Positions 34,995 through 45,897 of a stretch of DNA of 64,000 nucleotides are shown piece after piece. The stretch spans positions 799,234 to 863,233 of the forward strand of contig JBAZBD010000001.1 of the NCBI GenBank assembly GCA_041671645.1, given 5' to 3'. The notes beneath the pieces are model-generated. The model was not told the DNA's origin. It searched no databases and saw nothing but the letters and a program-made list of their open reading frames with translations. The position numbers and the translations under genes are program-made. Position 1 is the stretch's first letter; each line of letters starts with the position of its first letter. This DNA is from Patescibacteria group bacterium. GTDB taxonomy: Bacteria; Patescibacteriota; UBA1384; XYA2-FULL-43-10; 1-14-0-10-43-13.

Positions 34995-35750
34995 ATGTCC
35001 TATTGGCTCATTCCGATCGCGATCTTGGTCTTTTCTGCCCTCAGAGTCGTTCAGCAATATGAAAAAGGTGTCGTTTTCCGCCTTGGTAAGGTCATCGGCG
35101 AGCGAGGCCCAGGTTGGCGAATTATGATTCCGATCATAGACATTATGCGCAAAGTTTCCTTGCAGATAATCACCATGCCGATTCCTTCACAGAAAATTAT
35201 CACGAAAGACAATGTTTCGATCGATGTAGCCGCTGTCGCCTACTTTCAGATCGTTGACGCGACCAAATCCTTGGTTGCAATTCAGAATGTTGTCTCAGCC
35301 GTGAATCAAATTTCCCAGACCACGATTAGAAATTTTGTTGGACAATTCACACTTGATGAAGTATTGTCCGAGACCGATAAGATAAATAAGAAGGTCAAGA
35401 ATATCATCGACACTCACACTGAGGCCTGGGGCGTTTCAGTCAAAACTGTAGAGATCAAAGATATTCAACTCCCAGACACAATGCAACGAGCGATGGCCAA
35501 ACAGGCCGAAGCTGAGAGAGAAAAGCGGGCCAAAATCATCGCAGCTGAAGGTGAATTTCAATCAGCAGATCAGCTTGGCAAGGCCGCCGATGTCATAGCT
35601 AAGCATCCAATTGCTCTGCAACTTCGCAATCTCCAGGTCTTGTCCGAAATAGCAGTGGAGAAGAATTCGACAATTGTCTTCCCATCCCAACTATTCTCAA
35701 GCGTTGATAACTTGAAAAAATTCGTGGGCGACGAGATAAGTTCTAAATAG
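34995..35750 (+). CDS. SPFH/band-7 (stomatin/prohibitin-like) membrane protein
   Basis: N-terminal TM followed by [15 protein letters not shown]... and [21 protein letters not shown] chose the start at MSYWLIP (ATG 34995) because the track start lies inside the upstream terminator. Confidence 0.85.
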   Translation: MSYWLIPIAILVFSALRVVQQYEKGVVFRLGKVIGERGPGWRIMIPIIDIMRKVSLQIITMPIPSQKIITKDNVSIDVAAVAYFQIVDATKSLVAIQNVVSAVNQISQTTIRNFVGQFTLDEVLSETDKINKKVKNIIDTHTEAWGVSVKTVEIKDIQLPDTMQRAMAKQAEAEREKRAKIIAAEGEFQSADQLGKAADVIAKHPIALQLRNLQVLSEIAVEKNSTIVFPSQLFSSVDNLKKFVGDEISSK

Positions 35751-35773
35751 TTCATACAATTTCATACATAGAA

Positions 35774-35804
35774 AATTGCCCCGCCACACTGGGGCAATTT
35801 TTTT
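35774..35804 (+). terminator. Rho-independent terminator
   Basis: AATTGCCCC-GCCACACT-GGGGCAATT followed by TTTTT. Confidence 0.75.
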
Positions 35805-35870
35805 GTCTTGAAATTTATAGTAAGAAATTGGTAAGATGAGTGAGCATTATTATTTATTGGAAGGCATTGA

Positions 35871-37157
<1,287 letters not shown>

Positions 37158-37171
37158 TCGAATCTAATATT

Positions 37172-38689
37172 ATGAAACAGAGCGACAGAAAAGTTGCGCT
37201 GATTATTTTGGATGGCTGGGGATATAGTCCAGACACAGAGCACAATCCGATCAGTATCGCCGAGACTCCATGTTTTGATCGTTTGTGGGGAAAATGTCCT
37301 CATGCTTTTCTGGAAGCTAGCGGCGAGGCAGTCGGTCTGCCCGCTGGGCAAATGGGTAATAGCGAGGTTGGCCATACCGTAATTGGAGCTGGCAAAATAG
37401 TCTACACTGATCTGGCAAAAATTTCTAAGGCCGCAAGAGAAAAAGAACTTTCAACAAATTCAGCTTTGATTGCACTCTTTGACCACGTGAAAGAATACGA
37501 CTCGGTACTCCATGTTGCAGGACTGATTGGTCCTGGCGGAGTCCACAGCCATTCGGAGCACCTCTACGCTTTCCTCCGAGCCGCCGACAGAGCCGGGATT
37601 AAGAAGATAGCCATCCACGCCTTCATGGACGGCCGCGATACTCCTCCCCAAAGCGGACGACAATACTTGAAGGAACTAGAAGAAGTAGTCGACGAGATTG
37701 GAATTGGTTTTATTGCCACAGCTTCAGGAAGGTTTTACGCTATGGACCGAGACAACAACTGGGATCGGCTCCAAATGGTGGAGAATATGATATTTGATGG
37801 CAAGAGCGGTCGGCGCGAAAGTCGAAAACCGTCAGAAGTAATTGCTGAGCTATACGAACATGGTATTATAGACGAACATATTGAACCAACAATGTTCTTG
37901 GATGATTCTGGGATAAGTTACCAAATCGGCAAGAATGATGGCGTATTTTTGTTTAATTTCAGAAAAGATCGGGCCAAGATGATGACGAGCAAAATCATCG
38001 AAAGAGGCAGGGGCAATAACAACTTTTTGGTTACTATGACAGAATATGATAAAAGCTTCCCCTGTCTACATGCGTTTACCGAAGAAATCATCGAAACTAC
38101 CGTTGCCAAGGAGATCTCGAGAGCAGGGATGAGACAGGCTCATATCGCAGAAACCGAGAAATTCGCCCATTGCACATATTACTTGAATGGCGGGAAGAAG
38201 GAGCCATATCCCGGAGAAGAACATATCCTTGTCGAGAGTCGAAAGGACATCAAGACTCACGACCAGGCCCCAGAAATGAAAGCAGAGGAAATAACGGAAA
38301 AAGCTATCGAGCAGATAGAGATTGACACAAATTTCATCTTCATAAACTACGCAAACCCAGATATGATCGGTCACACCGGCAATAGAAGTGCGGCCGTTAA
38401 GGCCATCGAATCCCTCGATTGCCAATTGGGAAGGCTCGTTCAAAGAGCCGAAAAATCAGGTTACAATATTCTAATTACCGCTGACCATGGAAATGCTGAG
38501 GTTATCTTCGACGCCGTCACGAAGCAACCTCATACGGCTCATACCACAAACAAAGTCCCCATCATCTATTCGGGTGGAGAGGGGCACACACTTTCGGACG
38601 GGAATCTAAGTGATATCGCGCCCACAGTGCTATCCTTGCTGAAGATACCAATCCCCGAAAGCATGACTGGCAAAATATTGCTTAAATAA
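37172..38689 (+). CDS. gpmI: 2,3-bisphosphoglycerate-independent phosphoglycerate mutase
   Basis: LIILDGWG, GNSEVGH, HAFMDGRDTPP and TADHGNAE motifs. 505 aa. It starts 14 nt after eno. Confidence 0.9.
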   Translation: MKQSDRKVALIILDGWGYSPDTEHNPISIAETPCFDRLWGKCPHAFLEASGEAVGLPAGQMGNSEVGHTVIGAGKIVYTDLAKISKAAREKELSTNSALIALFDHVKEYDSVLHVAGLIGPGGVHSHSEHLYAFLRAADRAGIKKIAIHAFMDGRDTPPQSGRQYLKELEEVVDEIGIGFIATASGRFYAMDRDNNWDRLQMVENMIFDGKSGRRESRKPSEVIAELYEHGIIDEHIEPTMFLDDSGISYQIGKNDGVFLFNFRKDRAKMMTSKIIERGRGNNNFLVTMTEYDKSFPCLHAFTEEIIETTVAKEISRAGMRQAHIAETEKFAHCTYYLNGGKKEPYPGEEHILVESRKDIKTHDQAPEMKAEEITEKAIEQIEIDTNFIFINYANPDMIGHTGNRSAAVKAIESLDCQLGRLVQRAEKSGYNILITADHGNAEVIFDAVTKQPHTAHTTNKVPIIYSGGEGHTLSDGNLSDIAPTVLSLLKIPIPESMTGKILLK

Positions 38690-38691
38690 CG

Positions 38692-38719
38692 AAAAATCGA
38701 CCCTGAATGGTCGATTTTT
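38692..38719. terminator. Bidirectional terminator between the convergent gpmI and PPIase genes
   Basis: AAAAATCGACC-CTGAAT-GGTCGATTTTT, with an A-tract and a T-tract on either side. Confidence 0.7.
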
Positions 38720-38739
38720 CTAGTGTAGGATATTTGTGT

Positions 38740-39783
38740 CTATTTTATATCATACATTTTCAAAATAAAACTTTTGTCCTTGAGCTCAGAAATCCAATCA
38801 GCAAATTTTTTCTGTAAAATCCCACCCCTGCTTTCTACTTTGATAATGTGCCAGCCGTAGATAGTCTTGACCGGTTCAGACACTTCTCCAACTTTTGTGC
38901 CGAAGGCGACGTCGGAGAATTCCTGAACCATCTCACCGTCTGCAAATGGCTCAAGTTTGCCCCCGTTTGGAGCGCTACTTGAGTCTTCTGAGTATTTCTT
39001 GGCCGCTTCTGCGAAATCAAGTCCGCCGCTAATTTCTGCTTTTATGGAATCTGCCTTGACTTTGGCTTTTGCGATATCGTCAGCAGAGGCGTTTTCAGCC
39101 ACTCTGATCAAGATATGGTCAACCGTAACCTTTGCGATAACTTTCTCATTTAGTTTGTCTCTCATAATCTGGATTCTGACTAATTGCCTAAACCTTTTCA
39201 GATTTATTCCGTACATTTCGTTCAGTATTTTTTCAACTTTGTCCTGGCCACCATTTTGCTGAACAATACCGTCGATAACTTGGTCTTCGTCCTGCTTGGT
39301 AACTTTGACTTTGTATTTGACAGCCTGGATCTGGATAATTTTATTTTCGATTAATTGGTCTACAATTTGCTGATCAATTTCCTTGAAATCTACTGAGGTC
39401 TCCATCTGAGTTGCCTCATAGAAATGATGGATATAATCAGACTCCGCCGTGTACGAGTCGTAAGTGATGAACTGATAATTCACGACCGCAATTGGATAAG
39501 GAATAAAACTAGTTGCGAATTTTACATTTTTCGACTGCGATTTGAATCCGTAGATCATAACTCCTGTCACAACAACGTAAGCGACAAATATGACAATAAA
39601 TATCCCGACAATCACCGATGTTTTCTTGTAGAGCGGGCTGGCCATAAACTCCTTGCATTTGATCGCTCGGATTTTCGTCCAGCATGCAGAACAAAAACTA
39701 GAAACTGGTTTTGGTATTTTAATCTTATCAACCCAAATAAATAACTTTTTCAATCTCTTAAATACGTCCTTATCAATCTTCAT
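38740..39783 (-). CDS. Membrane-anchored parvulin-type peptidyl-prolyl isomerase (PrsA/SurA-like)
   Basis: The C-terminal PpiC domain reads FAEAAKKYSEDSSSAPNGGKLEPF...GWHIIKVE. One N-terminal TM. The start is uncertain; MASPLYKK (M47) is an alternative. Confidence 0.8.
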   Translation of the reverse strand: MKIDKDVFKRLKKLFIWVDKIKIPKPVSSFCSACWTKIRAIKCKEFMASPLYKKTSVIVGIFIVIFVAYVVVTGVMIYGFKSQSKNVKFATSFIPYPIAVVNYQFITYDSYTAESDYIHHFYEATQMETSVDFKEIDQQIVDQLIENKIIQIQAVKYKVKVTKQDEDQVIDGIVQQNGGQDKVEKILNEMYGINLKRFRQLVRIQIMRDKLNEKVIAKVTVDHILIRVAENASADDIAKAKVKADSIKAEISGGLDFAEAAKKYSEDSSSAPNGGKLEPFADGEMVQEFSDVAFGTKVGEVSEPVKTIYGWHIIKVESRGGILQKKFADWISELKDKSFILKMYDIK

Positions 39784-39828
39784 ATAGCTTCCTTTTAATG
39801 TGAGTTTATTATAGTTTCTTTGTCTTCT

Positions 39829-40398
39829 CTACACAAGCCCACCCCAGCTGGAGGTCAAGAAGACTATCGTGATGGCTAGCACAGTAATCGTCGCGTAAGT
39901 AAAAAACTTGTTGTCTGTATGCTTAGCCAGAACAGTATAGCAAAATCCGACGAAAAGATAAGAAACCGCTGCGATTATCAATCCCTGGCTAGTTGGATCG
40001 ACCAAAAAATAACTCAATATCAGGAAAACCTCGAGGATAATCAGAGAAAAAAGTACAAGATAAATCAACCGCTTGTCTCCGAGAATACCGATCTTTTGCT
40101 CGACATATGTGAATAAGTATGAAAATATGATCAGTGTTCCGATCATCGCGAACCAAAGGGGCAGGGACATTTGATATAAGACAGAATATAGGGCATGGCC
40201 AGATGTAAATGAAAGCAAGATTAGCGTAAATATTGGTGAAAGTTCCCGCCATATGACAAAAAGACCAAAAACAGAAATCCCGATCATCGTATACAAAAGA
40301 AAATCGCTAGACACATTTTGGGCATAGGTGAAAACACCCCAGGCCAAAATGGCTGTGAGCATAGATTTTCTAGTAAATTGACTCTTCAGAAAAGCCAT
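39829..40398 (-). CDS. Polytopic membrane protein of unknown function (189 aa)
   Basis: About 6 hydrophobic helices. Its start overlaps the LCP stop by 1 nt (TAATG). Confidence 0.6.
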   Translation of the reverse strand: MAFLKSQFTRKSMLTAILAWGVFTYAQNVSSDFLLYTMIGISVFGLFVIWRELSPIFTLILLSFTSGHALYSVLYQMSLPLWFAMIGTLIIFSYLFTYVEQKIGILGDKRLIYLVLFSLIILEVFLILSYFLVDPTSQGLIIAAVSYLFVGFCYTVLAKHTDNKFFTYATITVLAITIVFLTSSWGGLV

Positions 40399-41822
40399 TA
40401 ATTTTTGGTCGAATTATAATCTTTACCAATATAGATCGCAATTTCGGAGGAAGGATTTGCTGGCGCAGTTTTGCCTGCAGTAACCCCAACCTTGAGGAGA
40501 GAAGAAAGATCGTCGAGCGCTTTCTTCTTGTTTCCATTTGAATAGTCGTAAATAACCGTTTTCTCCATCACTGACTTGGCATTTGAGACTGTCAGCACAT
40601 CAACTTCCCCCGATCGAGCTAACTCTTTGGACAGATTTGTGGCCAGGCCGGGCGTGCCAGAAGCGTTATAAATTTCTATCTTTGCAGTCGTACCCGCCGG
40701 TTCATCAAAAATGTTTTTGATCATGCTATTGATTTTGATGTAATTACCACCCTTCGGCAGAAGGTGATAGGTCCCGTCAGATGAACTCTCCAAATAACCA
40801 TCTTTGCCGGTGTTCAACACCTTGGTGCTCATATTGTTCCTGTCAATTTTTGAAGCTAGCGAAAGAAATTCTTTTAGTTCTGGCAGGGACATATTCGTTT
40901 TCATAGAATCGCCGAGTGTGTTAATTAAATCCAATATCTTCTTGGGGTTAGCCAAGGTACCGCCAGCCGTTGCCTTCTCCTTTACGGCAGTCAAAATTTG
41001 TTGTTGTCTAGCCGCTCGGTCGAAATCGCCTCCGCTAGTCCCATGGCGAGATCTGGCATATTTGAGAGCAGTTTTGCCGTCCAAATGATGCTGCCCGGCT
41101 TTGATATAAAATGGAGCGTATCCCTCCATTTTGTCGTCTGGGAACTCAGGATCGTAGATATCGCTCGCCACTGTGACGTCAATTCCGCCCAATTGATCAA
41201 TTAGCTTTTCGAATCCGCTGAAATCGGTGGATACGTAATAATGAATTGGAATATCAAAAAGTTTTGAAATTACGTCGCTTTCGTAATTGGCGCCAGATGT
41301 AAGCGCCTCACCTCTACACTGGCTAAGCTTCTTTTTGGTGCAATTCTTCGCCAGATAGGAATTATAGCCGATCGAGAGTGCGGAATTTATCTTGGCTTCC
41401 CCACCACTTGGCATTTTGACCCAGAGATCACGAGGAATCGAAATCATAGCGGCTTTGTTGTCAGAAGGTCTAACGCTCAGAATCATAATCGAGTCAGTAA
41501 GCAACCCTCCGTCATGGCCGACTCCGCCTGATCCGAATAGCAGGATGTTGATTCTATTTTCTTTTTGTCCCTTGAGGATATCTTTGCTGCCGTATATGGT
41601 TTTGATCAGGTCTGCTCCGTTGCCAAACCCATTCTCAAAAATTTTTGATCCTGAGGAAATAGCATAAGATATGACCGATATTCCGAGTACAACAATAATT
41701 CCCAATATGATAAAGAAAATTTTCCAGAGCCTTTTCTTCTTTGATTGAGCTACAACTGGTTGGTCTTCGGTCTTTCTGACTTTTCGTCTCAAAAACATTA
41801 AAATATCCGCTATTTGTTTCAC
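40398..41822 (-). CDS. LytR-CpsA-Psr (LCP) family cell-envelope phosphotransferase
   Basis: An N-terminal TM is followed by INILLFGSGG...LTDSIMILSVRP...ISIPRDLWV and a C-terminal LytR_C-like domain. Confidence 0.85.
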   Translation of the reverse strand: MKQIADILMFLRRKVRKTEDQPVVAQSKKKRLWKIFFIILGIIVVLGISVISYAISSGSKIFENGFGNGADLIKTIYGSKDILKGQKENRINILLFGSGGVGHDGGLLTDSIMILSVRPSDNKAAMISIPRDLWVKMPSGGEAKINSALSIGYNSYLAKNCTKKKLSQCRGEALTSGANYESDVISKLFDIPIHYYVSTDFSGFEKLIDQLGGIDVTVASDIYDPEFPDDKMEGYAPFYIKAGQHHLDGKTALKYARSRHGTSGGDFDRAARQQQILTAVKEKATAGGTLANPKKILDLINTLGDSMKTNMSLPELKEFLSLASKIDRNNMSTKVLNTGKDGYLESSSDGTYHLLPKGGNYIKINSMIKNIFDEPAGTTAKIEIYNASGTPGLATNLSKELARSGEVDVLTVSNAKSVMEKTVIYDYSNGNKKKALDDLSSLLKVGVTAGKTAPANPSSEIAIYIGKDYNSTKN

Positions 41823-41854
41823 TAATCAATAGTATCAAAAACGAGGGCGAAGGT

Positions 41855-42217
41855 CTAGCTTTTGGGCTGTGAAATCTTTGGTGCAAAAGCATAGACTGGC
41901 AGAACAGGCTTTTCAAAATTTCTGGTTTGAATGTCAGACATTTGAGCAACAACTGGAATATCCAGACTAAATGCCAAACTATTTGCAACACTAACCCCAA
42001 CTCTTACTCCCGTGTATGGCCCAGGGCCTGGATTAACTACAATTGCTGAGAGATCTGACTTTTTTTTGCCAGCGTCTTTCAAAATACGCTCAATGTTGGA
42101 GAGCAACTCTTCGGTATGATTGTGTACCACTCGCCAATTTAATGAGCCGACTAAACTTTCTCTGTCATAGAGACAAAGTCTGGCTTCCCAATCTGCTGTA
42201 TTTATCTCAAGTATCAT
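41855..42217 (-). CDS. tsaB: Shortened TsaB-like protein (N-terminal ASKHA half only, 120 aa)
   Basis: MILEINTA...AIVVNPGPGPYTGVRVGVSVANSLAFSLDIPV. ATGA overlap with tsaE. It is about half the usual TsaB length. Confidence 0.65.
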   Translation of the reverse strand: MILEINTADWEARLCLYDRESLVGSLNWRVVHNHTEELLSNIERILKDAGKKKSDLSAIVVNPGPGPYTGVRVGVSVANSLAFSLDIPVVAQMSDIQTRNFEKPVLPVYAFAPKISQPKS

Positions 42218-42636
42218 CGGTATTCTACCTCTCTTGAATTTTCGTCGATGTATTTGAACATAATGGTTTTCGTTCGCTCTTTGGGAATTAACTTGGATAT
42301 TTTCTCTGGCCACTCAATTACACAAATGCTTTTGCCGTCCGCAAAATATTCCTCGAGCCCAATTGAAATTGCATCATCCTCGTTTGCAAGCCGGTAACAA
42401 TCTACATGCACCATTTTACGGTCCGTAGCTTCAATCTCATACTTTTTCATAATAGTGAAGGTCGGGCTTGTGACTGGGTTGGTAATACCCAACGCCTCGG
42501 CAAAAAATTTCGTAAACGTGGTTTTCCCAGATCCGAGATCGCCTTCCAGGGCCAAGATTTGGCCATCGCAAACCTCACCAGCTATGTCAGCGGCGAATTC
42601 AGACATCTCACCCAAATTATTCAGAACTTTTTTCAT
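42214..42636 (-). CDS. tsaE: tRNA t6A37 biosynthesis ATPase TsaE
   Basis: LEGDLGSGKTTFTK...VTSPTFTIMKKY...HVDCYRL. 140 aa. Confidence 0.85.
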   Translation of the reverse strand: MKKVLNNLGEMSEFAADIAGEVCDGQILALEGDLGSGKTTFTKFFAEALGITNPVTSPTFTIMKKYEIEATDRKMVHVDCYRLANEDDAISIGLEEYFADGKSICVIEWPEKISKLIPKERTKTIMFKYIDENSREVEYR

Positions 42637-42681
42637 TTGGTATTCAAATAATCAATGCAAAGAGGATTTCGACAAATATGA

Positions 42682-43422
42682 TTATAACTTAATCTCCTTC
42701 CCCTCTTCCAACTCCCCATTTCTTTTTTTTTCTTCGCCCCTGTTCAAATCACCAAATATTTTTTTGGACTCTTCACTTTCGAAAACGGGACTCTTCATTC
42801 TTTCGGACAAGTTCTTCTTTTTTATCAGAGTCTTGGCCTCTCTTTCAAGATGTTCATACTTTTTATGAGTTCCTGGCTTTTGGTCTGGCAGGTTCTCTAT
42901 GTGATGCTCGTGGAGATTTATAATTCTCTTTGCCACTAAATATGGGTTGGGAATCGACAAGAACTGAAAGTTTTCCCTCTCTCCTGCGGTCTGAATCATC
43001 ACGTCACCGAAATGTAACAGAGTCGGAAAAATTCCATTAATTCGTGCATTCACATCCTGGACCTGATGCAAATGTAATTCTGAGATCTGGCGATGGAAGA
43101 ATCCGGCTTGATCAATATCGACAATCCTTCTGTCAGTGACGATATAAACATCTAGATAGTAGGAAATAAAACCATAAAGCTGAAGGCCTATGGTAAACAA
43201 TAGATAGATACTCAAAAGTAGCATAAGCGAAAGTCTGAGCAGGCCGTCTAGCGATTGGCCGTAGGCAATGAAATAGTAAATCGCGAAAATTGCAGGCACG
43301 ATCATAAACAAACCAATCCCGGCAAACGGGACATAGTTGAACCAGTGTTTCCTGATCAGCAGAAAAACTTTTTCTTCTTTTTCTTGGCTAGGGAATAATT
43401 TGTCTTCGTCTGTTTTGGCCAT
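42682..43422 (-). CDS. Membrane protein with a bacterial PH (bPH_2/YdbT-like) domain
   Basis: Two TMs are followed by YIVTDRRIVDIDQAGFFHRQISELHL..VQDV....GIFPTLLHFGDVMIQTAG. Confidence 0.65.
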   Translation of the reverse strand: MAKTDEDKLFPSQEKEEKVFLLIRKHWFNYVPFAGIGLFMIVPAIFAIYYFIAYGQSLDGLLRLSLMLLLSIYLLFTIGLQLYGFISYYLDVYIVTDRRIVDIDQAGFFHRQISELHLHQVQDVNARINGIFPTLLHFGDVMIQTAGERENFQFLSIPNPYLVAKRIINLHEHHIENLPDQKPGTHKKYEHLEREAKTLIKKKNLSERMKSPVFESEESKKIFGDLNRGEEKKRNGELEEGKEIKL

Positions 43423-43423
43423 T

Positions 43424-43624
43424 TTAGGGTAATTCGACTATTGCGAATATTAATGTTGTCACAATGATAGCGACAGAAACGATAGAATAAATCACTATGG
43501 CAAGCTTGGAAAGGTCACCCGAGTAGCCAAAACGCCAGAGATGATAAATCCCCACGCCGCTGTAGATAACGAAGGCGAGGACAACACAAAGATAGATTAC
43601 GATAACAGCATAATTATAATTCAT
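43424..43624 (-). CDS. Small two-TM membrane protein (66 aa)
   Basis: I chose the start at MNYNYAVIV (ATG 43624), which forms an ATGA overlap with the queH stop. Confidence 0.5.
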   Translation of the reverse strand: MNYNYAVIVIYLCVVLAFVIYSGVGIYHLWRFGYSGDLSKLAIVIYSIVSVAIIVTTLIFAIVELP

Positions 43625-44205
43625 TCTAGGCGTCCTTCCGCTTTTGAATCCTTGCATCCGCAAAAAGTTGGAGACTCCAAATCATGATTTTTGGCATAAT
43701 TTCTTCCCTTCCAGTAACCTTTGCGGAAATCTTGATAATAAAACGTCAAACCATAGTCGAGAGCCCTCTCGTTGCAAATCTCGACAATTTCGTCGTGGTC
43801 TTTGTACGGAGAACAAAGTAAGGTGGTAGTAAAATAATTAATCTTCAGCTGTTTGGCCTGTTCAACTGTCTGCTGTATTAGAAGAGAGTTGCAAAAGCGA
43901 CAGCGGCGTCGGCGGTATCGATCAATCTCAGTAATATATTTGATTGAACTCTTGTCCTTGTACGGGGCTATGATATCGAGGAGGTCATCTGGATGATGCT
44001 CTGGCAGAATAAGCTGAATGTCATTCTCCTGGCAATAATTTTCGATATTTTCTCGCCTTTTCTGGTATTCCTCGTGCCCATCGATTTCGGGATTGTAAAA
44101 GAAGGCTACAGGCACAAATCCGGCCTTTTGGAGCTCAGCAAAAACATAGCTGGCGCACGAGGCGCAACAGGTATGAACAAGAATTTTCCGAATTTTGCTG
44201 GTCAT
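43621..44205 (-). CDS. queH: Epoxyqueuosine reductase QueH (DUF208)
   Basis: The Cys pattern HTCCASCASY, CRFC and FCGC, and the length (194 aa), are typical of QueH. Confidence 0.75.
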   Translation of the reverse strand: MTSKIRKILVHTCCASCASYVFAELQKAGFVPVAFFYNPEIDGHEEYQKRRENIENYCQENDIQLILPEHHPDDLLDIIAPYKDKSSIKYITEIDRYRRRRCRFCNSLLIQQTVEQAKQLKINYFTTTLLCSPYKDHDEIVEICNERALDYGLTFYYQDFRKGYWKGRNYAKNHDLESPTFCGCKDSKAEGRLE

Positions 44206-44207
44206 CT

Positions 44208-45257
44208 TTAGAAAAGACTATTCTTCTGGCTATTCTTTATTTTTAAATGGTCGAATGCCAGTGGTGTCACGATTCTACCACGATTTGTCCGATTTATGAA
44301 GCCTAGCTGTAACAAATATGGCTCGATCACATCCTCAATCGTATCCTTGTCCTCCGAAAGTGCGGCCGCAATTGTTTCAAGCCCCACTGGTCCGCCGCCG
44401 AATTTTTCGATAATGCAGTTGAGATATTCTCTATCATTTCGGTCGAGACCGATTTCATCAATATTGAGCTTGGAGATCGCTTCGCGAGCAATCGGCTGGT
44501 CGATCTTGCCATGATGTTTCACCTCCGCGTAGTCCCTGACCCGCTTCAAGATACGGTTGGCAATTCGAGGAGTGCGACGCGATCTCTTGGCAATCTCACC
44601 CTTGCCCTCATTGTCGATAGAAACATTTAGTAAATCAGCTGAGCGATTGATGATTTCAGAAAGTTCAGGATCAGAGTAAAATTCCAGCCGATGAACCAAA
44701 CCAAACCGATCACGCAAAGGAGACGAAAGAGAGCCAAATTTGGTGGTGGCGCCGATAAAGGTAAATGGTTCGAGATTGATTCTCATGCTACGGGCCGACG
44801 GGCCCTTGCCAACAACCAAATCAACGACATAATCTTCCATCGAAGAGTATAATACCTCTTCGAGATTGCGATTCAGTCGATGAATTTCATCAATAAATAG
44901 GACGTCGCCCTTCTGAAGATTGGTTAAAATTGCCACTAAGTCGCCCGCTCGCTGAATAGCGGGGCCAGAAGTAACCTTGATCCCGACACCAAGCTCATTG
45001 GCGATAATGTGGGCCAAGGTTGTCTTGCCAAGTCCTGGAGGGCCGTAGAGTAAAATATGTTCGATTGAATCGCCCCTTCTTCGCGCTGCTTCAATCACGA
45101 TTGCCAGATTGCTCTTGATCTCATCTTGGCCGACATAATCTTTCAGCGCTCTCGGGCGTAGGGAGCTATCGAACCTTTCGTCCTCAGAAGAAGCCTCTTC
45201 GCCGGAGACGAGGGTAGAAATATCAGTTTCTAAATTTTGTTCTAGATCTCTATCCAT
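44208..45257 (-). CDS. ruvB: Holliday junction branch migration helicase RuvB
   Basis: [23 protein letters not shown], and a C-terminal winged helix. Confidence 0.95.
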   Translation of the reverse strand: MDRDLEQNLETDISTLVSGEEASSEDERFDSSLRPRALKDYVGQDEIKSNLAIVIEAARRRGDSIEHILLYGPPGLGKTTLAHIIANELGVGIKVTSGPAIQRAGDLVAILTNLQKGDVLFIDEIHRLNRNLEEVLYSSMEDYVVDLVVGKGPSARSMRINLEPFTFIGATTKFGSLSSPLRDRFGLVHRLEFYSDPELSEIINRSADLLNVSIDNEGKGEIAKRSRRTPRIANRILKRVRDYAEVKHHGKIDQPIAREAISKLNIDEIGLDRNDREYLNCIIEKFGGGPVGLETIAAALSEDKDTIEDVIEPYLLQLGFINRTNRGRIVTPLAFDHLKIKNSQKNSLF

Positions 45258-45263
45258 GAGGCC

Positions 45264-45272
45264 ATTATAACA
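45264..45272 (-). promoter_or_regulatory. Extended -10 element (TGTTATAAT) immediately upstream of the ruvB ATG
   Basis: The minus strand reads TGTTATAAT-GGCCTC-ATG. A GAGCT/AGCTC hairpin plus a T-run lies just upstream. No SD sequence is present. Confidence 0.4.
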
Positions 45273-45330
45273 AAAAGAGAGCTCAATACTAGCTCCCTGC
45301 TCCTATTTGATCTCCATCCGTAAATAAAGC

Positions 45331-45897
45331 CTAGCTTTTCGCTAGTTTTTTGAGACACCAGCGAATTTTCTCCTCCGTGGTAATAATTTCGGCTGGAATT
45401 TTGTTGATGAAAGATGCAATCTCGTTTTTCTTGTAGCCGAGAGACTCTAATGCATCGAAAAGGTCGTTGTTTTCTCCGCCAGCGAGGACATTGATATTCT
45501 GATCTCCCGACAACTTCGACTTCAATTCAAGGATTATTTTGGCCGCCACTTTCTTGCCGATTCCTGGAACGGCTGTAAAGAAATTTAAGTCGTCAGAAAT
45601 GATAGCACGAATTATCTTGTCCGACTTGCCTGATGACATAATATTCAATCCAGCCTTCGGTCCAACCCCCGATACAGTGATCAATTTCTCGAACATATTT
45701 AGCTCGTCGAATGACTGGAAGCCGTAAAGATCATCTAGATCTTCGCGAATATGTTGGTGGATGAATAATTCCGTTGACTCGCCGTTGGCCAAGACGGTAG
45801 CTGAGTCGACATTGACGCCATAACCAACCCCGCCAGTTTCTAGAATAATGAAACCGGTCCGGCTGACCACAACTTTTCCTTTCAAATATGAAATCAT
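45331..45897 (-). CDS. ruvA: Holliday junction DNA-binding protein RuvA
   Basis: MISYLKGKV...GVGY.V, with HhH motifs (VSGVGPKAGL, VPGIGKKVAAKI). Confidence 0.9.
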   Translation of the reverse strand: MISYLKGKVVVSRTGFIILETGGVGYGVNVDSATVLANGESTELFIHQHIREDLDDLYGFQSFDELNMFEKLITVSGVGPKAGLNIMSSGKSDKIIRAIISDDLNFFTAVPGIGKKVAAKIILELKSKLSGDQNINVLAGGENNDLFDALESLGYKKNEIASFINKIPAEIITTEEKIRWCLKKLAKS

